NCBI GenBank assembly: GCA_051362555.1
Contig: CM120641.1
Location: 29,890,401 to 29,954,400, forward strand
Direction of reading: 5' to 3'
From: Lingula anatina
Taxonomy: Eukaryota; Animalia; Brachiopoda
DNA length: 64,000 bases
The notes below the pieces were generated by a model, which was not told the DNA's origin, did no database searches, and was given only the letters and a program-made list of their open reading frames with translations. Shown here piece after piece: positions 14,991-26,700 of the stretch. The translations under genes were made by a program, and so were the position numbers. The first letter of the stretch is position 1. Each line of letters begins with the position of its first letter.

Positions 14991-15074
<84 letters not shown>

Positions 15075-16903
15075 AAATTATATTATATCTGATAAGTTTT
15101 CCACCATAATATACCTCCCTTGAATACTCTTGTCAACCTGCATTATTAAACTCTTGTCTGTTATTCTTTCCTAAAGAAAATTAAGTAATGATATAACAAC
15201 TATGAAGATTGTGGGAAGATAAATGTAAAGCACAAGTAGGACTCTTCAAGAAAATAGATAATGATAACAATAGATAATGGTTATGATGTCAATGCGGGGT
15301 TAAAAGCAGAGGAATGTGTCCAGTGTTGTCAGATTAAAAGCTTAGGTTGGCAGATGTATGAATCCCGCCCTTATGTCTTACACCCATTTGTTTTCCCACC
15401 CTTCAGGATTTGTTGGGTCTGTGTGAGCAAAAGAGAGGGAAGGATAATAAAGCCATCATAGCCTCTAACATAATGTATGTGGTGGGGCAGTATCCCAGGT
15501 TCCTACGAGCACATTGGAAGTTCCTGAAGACAGTTGTTAACAAGTTGTTTGAGTTCATGCATGGTGAGTATTACCTTGTCATTGATTCCGAGGTTTTATT
15601 CCATTAGGAGTTACTGGGTTTGGTTGAGCAAAAGCGGGGCAAGGATAATAAAGCCATCATAGCATCCAACATAATGTATGTGGTGGGGCAGTATCCTCGA
15701 TTTCTTCGAGCTCATTGGAAGTTCCTCAAGACAGTTGTCAACAAGTTGTTTGAGTTCATGCATGGTAAGTGAAAGCTTGTTGACAGAAGTGCTTTAGAGG
15801 ATGGGGTGAAATAAGGTGTGGCACTTTCAGAAATTTTTTTATTAGTGTTGTGTACCAGCATTTTCATTTCCTTTGAAATGATGCCTTTTTGCCAAATTTT
15901 GGATTTGCATATTGAAGACAGTGTTGTTATAAAGTAGGAACCTCTGTAGTGTATTTATTTGGTATTTATCTCTCCATTTATTGTAAAAGATGAACATGCT
16001 TCCATTTGCTGTAGAAACCCATGATGGAGTGCAGGACATGGCGTGTGACACATTCATCAAGATTGCCCAAAAGTGCAGGCGGCATTTTGTACAGGTTCAA
16101 GTGGGAGAAGTGATGCCATTTATTGAGGAAATTCTCAACAGTATTAACACCATAATATGTGACTTGAATCCACAACAGGTACATCAATGTAGTATATGCC
16201 TGCTGGTTTTAAGTAATTGAGAGTGCTAATTAATTGGTATTCTTGGTTTCCTGTTTTTCTTGTCAGTTTCTGTAAAACGTCGTGTGCTTAAAGTATTGTC
16301 TGAAATATCAGGTGCTATTATTTTAGATACGTGAATTCAGAAGTAAAATGTGCAGGGTTTTTGGCAGGTTTATAAAATCTGAAACAACCTGGTACTGTAC
16401 TTTATGACATACTAAAAGAAAATGTTTAACATTATCCAGGTGCATACTTTCTATGAAGCTGTGGGTCTTATGATCAGTGCACAAACAGACCAGGCAGCTC
16501 AAGAGCATCTGGTGGAAAAATATATGATGCTACCAAACCAAGTGTGGGACACAATTATTAATCAGGCTACACAGAATGTAGAGGTGCTGAAAGATCCAGA
16601 GGCAGTGAAACAGTTGGCCAATATTTTAAAAACCAATGTTCGAGCATGCAAGGCACTTGGACATCCATATGTATTACAGGTTGGTGAACCTTTTTGTCAA
16701 ATTTTTATGGCCAGACACTGGTGCACTATATTCTGAGAATGATTAGAGCTTAAAATGGTTGCTTATATGGAAGGAGTAGTCCCAAATATTTGCATGCATT
16801 TATCTTCAATTGAAAACAAAAGTGTACAACAATATCATTTTTTTATTTACAGTGGTAGCAAATACTTAAAGGTTTGTGGAAGGAACTCGTACATGCTTCC
16901 CTG

Positions 16904-16939
<36 letters not shown>

Positions 16940-19900
16940 TAACTAGTGATTATGCTAATAAGTATCATTTGTAATATTGCATCAATATTGAGAAAATAGA
17001 TTTCGTGCAATTTCATCTTTCTTCTTCACGTTTTAGTGTCACTGTATCTTATAGTTTGGACACTTTTATGTCTGTTCATTTGACAGCTTTTACTGAAAAA
17101 GTTTATGGTATTTGTAAAATTATTCAGTATTTTTTGTGATACTTGAGAAATTTCACTTGATGAAATTTCTGTTGAATTATTTTAAATTTCAGATATTTTT
17201 GTCTCGTGATATTTTAAATCTTCTCAGATTATAATGATGTATAAGGAAAAATATTATATACTTACTGTAAAAGCATAACTGGTTTTGTCTTAAATTTAGC
17301 TTGGACGTATTTACCTGGATATGCTGAATGTGTATAAAGTGATGAGTGAAAACATCAGCATTGCCATTGCAACAAACGGAGAGAATGTAACCAAACAGCC
17401 TCTTATCAGGAGTATGAGAACTGTGAAAAAAGAAACACTTAAACTTATCTCAGGATGGGTCAGCAGGTCTAATGACTCCCAGATGGTATGATTGCCCATT
17501 CATTGCCTTTGGTCTTTATGTTAAATTAAATGGAATATAGCTTGATGTGTACATTGTGCTTAAAGTATTGAGTATGATAATAGTTACTTTGACAAGTGAA
17601 GTTAGAAAAAAGGAAAAGTAACAAATAGATTTCTTGTGATTAAGTGCAATATCAGTACCAGCACTCCTGATATGTTAGACATTTTAGAGAGTGTTTATTC
17701 TTTATTTGTAATTGTATTGTCCTTTGGTTTAATTTGCAGTTGGTAATGTTATTTAAAAGTGATCTGTATTTCAGGTTGCAGAAAACTTTATCCCGCCTCT
17801 TCTTGAAGCAGTTTTGATGGACTATCAACGAAACGTACCACTTGCAAGGGAACCAGAAGTGCTAAGCACAATGGCAACAATAGTCAATAAATTAGAGGTA
17901 AGGCCAGATGATTGATACATGAAAAAATAATTCTACCTACCCTGAGGTTTCGAGTAAAACCAACACAAGCAGCTGTTATATATAATGCCTACAGGTAACC
18001 AGGTAAAATCCAAGCAAAAGAAGAAGAAAAAATACATTGGATAGCAATTTTATATACAATCATTGTATGTGTTATTAATATTTAGATCCCTCTGTCTGTC
18101 TATGTGATCATTGTTCCCATTGCCATCCAAAACACCAGTCCTTACTGGGGTGGCCCTAGCAATTTTTTCCTTTAGCCAAATTACTACTTTTTCACTGCTT
18201 TTTTTGTCCAAATGGTTTAAATTTGACTAAAATGAGTCAAATCAACCCTAATATTTTAGCCAATTTCAGTCAGTTTTAGCATTTGGCTAAATTGGCGAGT
18301 GTTAGCGCTACCCCAGCCTTAAAACTGCAATATCATATTTTTGTTTATTTTAATATACATTAGTAAGGCAGGTTCATTTTGATAATTGGCATGATTGGAC
18401 ATGTGTGTATCTCTCACACTGTTATATTATAGAAATAAAGTAATGATTGTAACTGATATTGATCTGCCATCTTGGAACTGGGTGTATGAGTCAGTCTCAT
18501 GGCATTTTTAAATGTTTCCAAAGATATGTCTGTGTCTTTCTTTCACTGTAACAGTTATTATTGAGAAATTAATAAAGTTTTGATGTTAAAGTCCTGTGAA
18601 AAGTTATAGACACTTGGCAAACTTAGTTCATAATGCAGAGGCTATGTCGTCTGTGTAGTCCATCCCAGGCATGCTCAGTGAGAGACATGTCTGGTGTAAA
18701 TGGAAGCCACGGAAGAGTCTGGTGTTGGTCCTGCTGCAGCTACACCTGTGCTATCTTTTAATGTTGCCAGTTTTGCTGTCTGCATGTTTGCCGCTTTGCT
18801 GTCTTGTTAAAGTTTTTGTTGTTAAGATCTACTAAAATGTAAATGTGTATTTGCATGGGGATGGGTTAAGGGAAATGTTTCCTAAATAGAATTTATGTTA
18901 AACTCGTTTACCCTTTTTTTACAGGGCAGTATAACTAAAGATGTTCCACAGATATTTGATGCTGTGTTTGAATGCACATTGGAGATGATCAACAAAGATT
19001 TTGAGGAGTTTCCAGAACATCGAACAAACTTTTTTCTCTTACTACAAGCAGTAAATTCTCATTGTTTCCCTGGTAGGTATCTGGATTTTAAGAATGCAGC
19101 ATTTGTATTATTATGCAAATTGTACTATTATAAATTGTTGTATCCAAACAAGTTGATGTGTTGGGATGTTTGGCTCATGACCTAGTTAAAATCCACTATA
19201 TACTAACTATTCAGAACTGAGCCCCTGAATATGTATGCTCTGACAGTGCCCCTTGCTGCAGTGCACAAGATGGATAAATGAATGAAGGCTAGCGCCCTAA
19301 AGTTTTTCAGCTAGAAAGTGGCTGTTCAGGCTGGTGTCTAGTCTTAATATGCCGAAGGTGCAAGTGAACCAAGACTATGGAGCTTAGCCTTGTGTCACTT
19401 TATGATCATTAAGTGACCTGCTGCAGCTGCATGGTAAACAAAAAAGGGGGGTTTGTGGGTTTCAGTTGGTAGTAATACTTAAAATTTGTGAATATAGTGT
19501 TGCTGTGAACCAAGTGATATTGGTAACAAAGATGGTTATTTAAGTGAACTGTTATCAGCTGCAAGCTGAAGAATTAACACTTTTGTTATTATTAACTATT
19601 TTTATAATTTTTTTACATGGCCCATCTACTTATTTCGAAATACCACTATTTGAAAAAATGCACATGCCAATCTTGTAAAAGGAATCCTTACATGCGGTTA
19701 TACCAACATAGACACTGCTAAATAAAAAAAAAAACCTAGTCTTTCATGTTTTCCGTCTATTGCAGCTTTCCTCGCCATACCACCTGCACAGTTCAAACTA
19801 GTGCTGGACTCCATCATCTGGGCTTTCAAGCACACCATGAGAAATGTGGCCGACATGGGACTGAGCATCATGTACACATTGCTACAGAATGTTGGGCAGG

Positions 19901-21090
19901 AGGAAAATGCAGCACAGAGTTTCTACCAGACCTATTTTACAGACATACTGCAGCATATCTTTTCTGTTGTAACTGACAGTTCACAGTCAGGAGGTATGGG
20001 TATTTATCAGTTTGATGGTCAATAAATTGTACCACCAGTCATTTTTCTGGCAATACCTTGGCTATGACCTGAAACACTGAGTATGACATTGTCCTTTTTT
20101 CAAAAATTTTAAATATAGCTTTGGCAACAATTTAGAGCATTTTTAAAAAGCTTTTTATGTGTATTATTATCCCTTAAGTGTGTCTTATCCAGCTGGTGGC
20201 AGATATCCAGGAGACATTATCTCCTCTATGATCCTCTTAGATATGTATTTTCAGCTCAAATTAGATTTTGTTCTTTTTATGTATTTTTACATATGTTTTT
20301 ATTACAGGTCTCACAATGCATGCCAGTATATTGGCATACATGTTCACATTGGTGGAGATGGGCAAGATCACCGTTTCACTTAGTCCAAACCACCAAGCAT
20401 CTCAAAATGTACAGTTTGTACAAGAATTTCTTGTTAATCTGCTAAAAGCTGCCTTCCCACATCTGAATGAGTGAGTACCAATACTTGTATTATATGCTTT
20501 TTTCATACAGGTATATATCTTTCTATAACAACTCTTAAAAGTTGGTATTCATACTTTTTTTTTTTTTTTTTTGCAAAGATCTATAATTTAACCCCAGACT
20601 TAAATTCTGTGATACATTTCTTGATGTTTGTTGCAGTTAGTGTTACTCATGTGGTATTTTTTTAAGAAATGAATTTGAAAGAAATGATGCATTTCAGTAC
20701 GCAGTTGCGAGTTTTCATTGAAGGGCTGTTCAGCTTTGACCAGGACATTCAGGCTTTCAAAGAACACCTTCGTGATTTCTTAGTGCAGATCAGGGTAGGT
20801 GGCACCCTCAGCATAATCAAATTATGATGATGATATGATAAATTAAGTTGAAAATATTGATTTAGTAAAACACAAAGACATGGCATAGTTAAGGTGAAAC
20901 CAATCAATATATCTTATCTAATTTTATTTATTATTATTGGCAGGAGTTTGCTGGGGAAGACAATTCAGACCTCTTTCTTGAGGAGCGGGAGTCGGCTATT
21001 CGAGAAGCTCAGGATGAGAAGCGAAAGCAACAGATGGCAGTTCCAGGAATACTGGGTCCTCATGAGGTAACAGAAGACATGCAGGACTAG
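5108..21090 (+). CDS. XPO1: Exportin-1 / CRM1, 1072 aa, 23 coding exons
   Basis: Exons: 5108-5233, 6452-6626, 8439-8545, 10111-10226, 10547-10661, 10831-10950, 11442-11496, 11711-11784, 11996-12154, 12337-12534, 13003-13141, 13790-13893, 14542-14619, [15407-15563 or 15608-15764], 16015-16178, 16440-16679, 17300-17485, 17775-17897, 18925-19072, 19766-19993, 20308-20470, 20698-20794, 20944-21090. All GT-AG, phases consistent, total 3219 nt. Hallmark peptides: [29 protein letters not shown], acidic loop [61 protein letters not shown]. The first coding exon begins at an acceptor (5081), so a 5'UTR exon lies further upstream and was not located. Confidence 0.97.
5712..6057. mobile_element. TTAA-flanked MITE (Kolobok-like AG..CT ends), copy 1
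   Basis: TTAA-AGGGATAATAACTCTT ... AAGAGTTATTATACCT-TTAA. A closely similar copy in opposite orientation is at 52110-52447 and a decayed copy at ~23040-23225. Confidence 0.85.
8975..9510. repeat. Degenerate tandem repeat (units roughly 130-150 bp) in an XPO1 intron
   Basis: Recurrent TGACCTACTT, ACTTTTCCAATTTTCTAGCCCTTATA(C/T)CTCCAAA and CCTATAGTTACTATTGAA blocks; related sequence at ~5450-5680. Confidence 0.6.
10976..11056. repeat. (TA)n microsatellite
   Basis: Uninterrupted TA run. Confidence 0.95.
13233..13608. mobile_element. TTAA-flanked MITE in an XPO1 intron; uninterrupted copy of the element split by Tc1 at 38.6-40.6 kb
   Basis: TTAA-AGGTACATA ... TATGCATCT-TTAA. The internal sequence aligns by eye with ~38640-38848 plus 40501-40575. 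Confidence 0.75.
14996..15069. repeat. (TA)n microsatellite about 340 nt upstream of the XPO1 alternative exon pair
   Basis: Uninterrupted TA run. Confidence 0.95.
15407..15563 (+). CDS. XPO1: XPO1 alternative exon A (canonical, Cys528), residues 523-574
   Basis: cttcag|GAT TTG TTG GGT CTG TGT GAG ... ATG CAT G|gtgagt; 157 nt; [52 protein letters not shown]. Confidence 0.95.
15608..15764 (+). CDS. XPO1: XPO1 alternative exon B (variant, Glu523 and Val528), tandem duplicate of exon A
   Basis: ccattag|GAG TTA CTG GGT TTG GTT GAG ... ATG CAT G|gtaagt; 157 nt, same phases as exon A, no stop; [52 protein letters not shown]. Confidence 0.9.
18145..18316. mobile_element. Short MITE in an XPO1 intron
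   Basis: Imperfect inverted termini CTGGGGTGGCCCTAGCA / TGTTAGCGCTACCCCAG; CCTTA on both flanks. Confidence 0.55.
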
Positions 21091-21323
21091 TCTGTGAATG
21101 AACCTCAGCCATTTCTTCATGCCATTCAATGAGAACATTTCATCATTATAGGGCATTCATTTGTAAAGATATTTTCAGACTTTTTTTTTTGGTTTGGTCC
21201 ATGTTCTGTGTTGTTTATTCATATTAATCCTAAAAAGCATTCAGAAGCTACATGTATATGAATCAGCGTTAGAATGTTATTTACTTTGAAGAATTTTTCA
21301 TGTAGATGCAAATATTATTTATA

Positions 21324-21860
21324 AATAAAAATGTAATTAGCTGCTCCATCCTTTTCAGAAGTCCATATCATTTGTAAATACTGCACATTATTGTAGTGTT
21401 TATATTGGTAGATCACTCATTATTTTTCAAAAAAAAAAAGTGATCTGTTCAATCAGTTCTGTGTGAGAGTTATGCTTGATAGAAGTTGGACGTCTCACAT
21501 GCTGATGGTATTGCACAAGGCAGCTTTATGTTATCTATTATCTTCATGCAAATTTTATTATATTAAGTGTGTTAAGTAAGATGAGGATTTTTGATGAAGA
21601 TTTCATGATTATAATGAAGTGGTATTTACCTTTGGAATTTATTTTGGGGTTTAAAAGTGAGCAAAAAAAATCAACACTAGAAAGGAAATTTGAACAGCTT
21701 AGGATAAGAGAATTGTATATGGGTCTTTTGAGTATTTCAACTATTTGGAGAACTTGAATTAAGAATTAGTTATGTAGTGTGAATTGAAAATGGATAAATT
21801 AATGGCTTGCTTTTTACTCGCAGTCTTGGCAATGTGTGGTATAATTTTAAGCAGAATAAA
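21324..21860 (+). promoter_or_regulatory. Candidate XPO1 polyadenylation signals
   Basis: AATAAA at 21324-21329 and 21855-21860 downstream of the stop at 21090. The hexamer is common in AT-rich DNA. Confidence 0.35.
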
Positions 21861-22539
21861 CATTTATTTTATATGCCATTGTATGTTATGTGGAGCTACT
21901 TAAAACTAGTAAAATATTCGGGTTAGATTTTTGATTATATGACATTTTCTCTATTCAATCATTTATTGATGAATTAAGTTATTTTGCTAGAATGTCAAAT
22001 TGTAAATATGCCATAAATGAGTGCTTGATGAAATTTCAGAAGTTTTAATGGTGAGGCTGTCCAACTTTGTGTGAATGACAATTATGAATGTTGTTAGCAG
22101 TATCTGCTATAACATGGTACACATTTTTTTTCACCATCACCCGGTAAATGGGTCATTATTTCATGACATTGTTTACAGCTGTACTGGAACACTCATCATG
22201 TACTTTTCGATTTGTTTCTTCATAACATTGGCGACATTTTCAAGCACCCATCAAGTCATAATCATTATGTTAGATAATAAAGAGAGTGATGAAATTTGTG
22301 TCAAAAGTTTGGTTGTTGGTGAAAAAAATGGTTCTCCGGATTGCACTGATCAGAGTCCTGCTCTCTACTAAACTTTCCAAACTTCACTTACCTATTTTCT
22401 ACACAAGAATTGCTTTGTTCTGTAAACTGAAGCAGTCTATGCCAGTTTAATGAGAGGTACTGTCAGCTCTAAAACCTAAGAGGATTACTTACAGACACAC
22501 AATGTAAGTTTTAAAACGCGTCCTAAGTGCATGGATATG

Positions 22540-23015
22540 TACAGAGAAAATATTCAGGGAAATTGAAGATGTGAATATAGGAAGAATTGACAAATACGCT
22601 GAGATATGCAGATGATACAGATGTGTTAACAGAAACCAATTCAGACTTGCAAAAGTAACATGAGTCAATGAAAAAGGAAAACCATACGGAGTGGAAATTA
22701 CAAAAACAAAAAGAACGATAGGGAACAGACAAAATCCTGTGCCAGAGGTTCATATCAGCATAGAAAATAGACCCAATTCAAAAGGTCGGCAGCATGGTGT
22801 ACTTTGGCTACATGAGAAATTAAAAAGAAAAATAGAAATGCAAGATCGGCATTTGTAAGCTTAACAAAATTATAAGATCAAGAAACATTAGCATAAATCT
22901 AAGGCTGTTTATAATTAAATGTTACATTTGGTCAACACTTTTTTACAGCTTGGAGACATTAACACGTAACAAAAACAACTGAAAAAATGGAAACATTTGT
23001 AACGTGGGTATATAT
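22540..23015 (+). mobile_element. Degenerate non-LTR retrotransposon reverse transcriptase fragment (RTE-like)
   Basis: Reads LTNTLRYADDTDVLTET (YADD motif near 22601-22616) and later IRSRNISINLRLFIIKCYIWSTLFYSLET; multiple frameshifts. Confidence 0.75.
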
Positions 23016-23787
23016 TTTGGCCCAAAAATGGACTTTTTAAGGTAAACAACAATTTTCTCATACTAACCAATGGTTATTGAATAAAATTATCTCTTTAGAG
23101 GTCGTGTGATCCCCTGGCAACCACAGATTCCAGTATTATTGCAATAAACACCGTTTTGGTGGTAAAATAGAATTATTTATTGTCGGTGAAACGTGGATCT
23201 CGTGGGAAGGGTTGTTATCCCTTTAAAACACCTTGGGTTCATCTACATTAGCATTTTATCAATCTGTGATATGAGCAAATCCCAGAATAATGGAACTGGA
23301 AAATCTAGCGTTCTTCAAGCATTTTACAGAAAACTTTCGTATTATCCAAAATATGATGCCTTGTGATGTCATCCTTGCAGTCCTTTGTCTTTTAAATAAT
23401 TTCATAATCTTCCTAAAAACCGACTTGCAGTCGTGACATAGATCCAAGATTTTTAGTAATGGAAAATACAAAATAAAACTAAAGCATAATTATATTATAT
23501 AAGTATTATATCATTATATTATATTAATTTCTTGCAAAGCTGCATATAATCTTTCATTCACTTGATTTTTAGATTTTCAGTAAATGTGCACTAGTCACCA
23601 GAATGGTAAGTTTTTTTGACAACAACAATTAACTGAAATGTTGTTGGTTGATCTCATAATTTCACCAAAATATTATCATTACAAATTTAACTCATATCTT
23701 GCTTCTGCAAGACTGGAAAAACCTTTTAGCAGCACTGGAAGACCCCATCCATTTGCATTTTCTTGATATTTCGGAGGCAATCGTATT

Positions 23788-26700
23788 TCAAAGATTCACA
23801 ATCTCCACCTGAAATGAATATCAGCAATGCTGATCAAATGGAAAATACGCTAGACAGCATATGATGTATACATGATTTTGAAAAAAAAATCAGTAAACAC
23901 TTAAAATCTATTTGTAGTTGATAAAGAGTAAACTATTGGTGACAGCAAATGGTATTTAGCTTTTCAATTCCTACTGGAAAATAATAACTGGATAAATATA
24001 AAGACAAGAAAAGGAAACTTGCAATGACTTGACACTTATCACATCATTAACAACAAAAGTAATGGCTATGCAGTTTGCAACTCTGTATAATAAAAGTTAT
24101 GCATGCCAGATGATGGTGCAGTACCATTTTTTGTTATCTTGGTCAGTTTGTTAAAATAAACCCATAATACATTTTGTTTGGGTTGGCATAAATAATTTTT
24201 AAAAATGGCCTCAACTGGACAAATATAAATCGACTTTATATCGCGTTTGTCAACTTTTTTTTGAAAATTGATTCCAATACTACAGGAGATGGAGGAGATA
24301 ACAACGTATTTCATCTAATGAGTCACACTCCTGCTTCAACATACCTGATATCCTTTGTCTGCAGGTTCAAAGCCAAAGACTTTGGCAAAGAAGTAGAACT
24401 CCCCATCTAAGCATTTCTCTATATTTTCAGACTTTCTGAAACCATGTTGTTCTCCTACATATAGATTAGAAATCAATTATTTACACATCTCACAAAGAAA
24501 TTATATTTAATGTTGAAATATCTCACTCTTTAAGTAACTAAACTGAAGCAATTTTAAAAAAATCTTTGATACTTTCATGTAAACGTAATTTCTTTGGATA
24601 TATAGAAAAACCTGTGTAAATTCATAAAAATAATCAATGAGATAGTTAACCCTCCGGGTAAAATAATACTGTTATATGTTCTCAATGTGAAAACAAGAGA
24701 AATAAAATTGAACTGAATTGAATTGGAGATGGCATATCCCAAAGTGTTAGATACTCAATACTAAAAATTGCGGTTATGGCCGCAAGATTTTTGAATAAGT
24801 TTTCACAACTTTAAGACATTTTAATGTTAAAATATCAGTTTTAATAATATGAAATGTGTCTTTTTAAAATATTCTACAAAAGTTAACATTTATGAAATAC
24901 ATCATTAAAACAAAGATACAGATACCATGTTGCCAAGTATACTTTGAAATATTTTTGAAACTTAAAAAATGCATCACAAAAATTCTTTATTTGTTCACCT
25001 TCAAACAATACATGTGCTGCAGGGATCCCTTTGGCTTTGATTTCGTCAAACATAAGTTTTGCTTGGTTTGGTGGAACAATCTAAAAGATAAGGGAGTAAA
25101 TAAAAGAAATTGGGGATTCAGAGGAAATCTGTCATCTACTGTATATGAATTTGATTAATATCATATTACAAAAGACCAAAACTTCAAAGATGCAAATGTC
25201 CAAATTTCCAGTGATACCCCCTTTACACTGGACGGCGTCCTTTCTGCGAACATGAAATTTGGCATCGCTGTGGTCTTAATAAGGAGGCACGAGCATCGAT
25301 TTTGAATCAGAATGGATGCTCAAAGATCGGCCAGTTGTCGGCACGTAAAGTATTATAATTTTTAAACTCTCAAATGAGGCCATACTGCTGGACGCAGAAA
25401 GGACGCCCTCCAGTGTAAAGGGGCCCTTAGTCTATAAGATACACATAACAATTTGAAACAAGCATGATTAAGCATGCATTCAAGAAAATATCCACAGAAA
25501 CAAAAGATGTGTGTGTGTGTGTGCGTTTTTAGCAGTACCTCATCTTCATCTCCTTGAAAGAATATAATTGGACAGTTAAATTTTTCAATATGTTTGATGG
25601 GAGATCTAGAATCATATATTGGGTAGTTTTCCGGGGTATATGGAGCAATGCAGGTGTCCAAATAACGGCTCTCAAATTTGTGAGTTTCTCCAGCAAGCAG
25701 TGCAACATCAGCCACACCATAAAAGCTGCAGCCTGGAAAATTGAATGATCAAAAACCCATTAAGATGTAGCTCCATCAAAGGGAAGCGTTACTTTTGGGA
25801 AATTAAAAAAATGCATAGAATAATTTCAAGTCATTTGCAGTCAGTTTCTGTGCATTTAGATCATTCTGGCATTAATAAGAGAGATTGTAGTTATCAATCA
25901 GGTAATGGCACCACAATCAACTTCAAAACATCTTATGTTCACTGTAACTTGATTGTATGTACCAAGCTGACTGTAAGCTAATGGTGTGGAAAACTTCCAG
26001 ATTGTACTAAATAATTATTATTATTATGTGATCCAACTACCAAGCTTATAAATATTTTTGCTCATTTATTAATCTGGTTATTTTAGTCAAAACAAGTCCC
26101 ACATGTGAACATGGTCTCATAGAAATATTACCTGCTTTGAAAACATCTCTGAAAGCCAGGCATGCCAGTGTGGTGTATCCCCCAGCTGAACCTCCATCAA
26201 TACACAGCTTATTCCTGTCAACTTTTCCCTGATCAGCCAAGTACTCAGCACCATGACAACAGTCATCAACATCATAAACACCCCAACTGAATAGGAAAAA
26301 GCAATTCTGTATTTTAGATCGTGTATTGTGTAATAAAGTGTCAAAAAAGTGGCAACAGCAATGACACAAACACATACGTTGCTCAGACTAGATACAAGCA
26401 CAGTCTATACATAAAAAGTTTACAATCTTTAGAGGTCTACCTACACTTTATTCAATGTCTTGAACAGAGCACTTTGAATACATTAATTTAATTGCCTTCT
26501 CACTTTCCATTAAGCAGCCCTCTATAGGTTCTCCCATAGCCAGTGCTCCCTCTGTAGTCTACGTCCAATACAGCAAATCCCCTGCTGGTCCAGTACTGCT
26601 GCTTCATATTCAGGGCACTGGAGGCACAGGAAGTAGGGCCTCCATGTGCACGAACTAAAAGTGGTGGTAAGCTATTTGGAGGTGCTTGAAAGTCCTTGTT

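Noticed and set aside
15407-15764. Exon duplication as an assembly artefact or dead pseudo-exon
   Set aside because: The copies differ at many third positions and their flanking intron sequences are unrelated, which is not expected of a collapsed or duplicated haplotype. Splice sites, length and frame are intact. Expression is still unproven.
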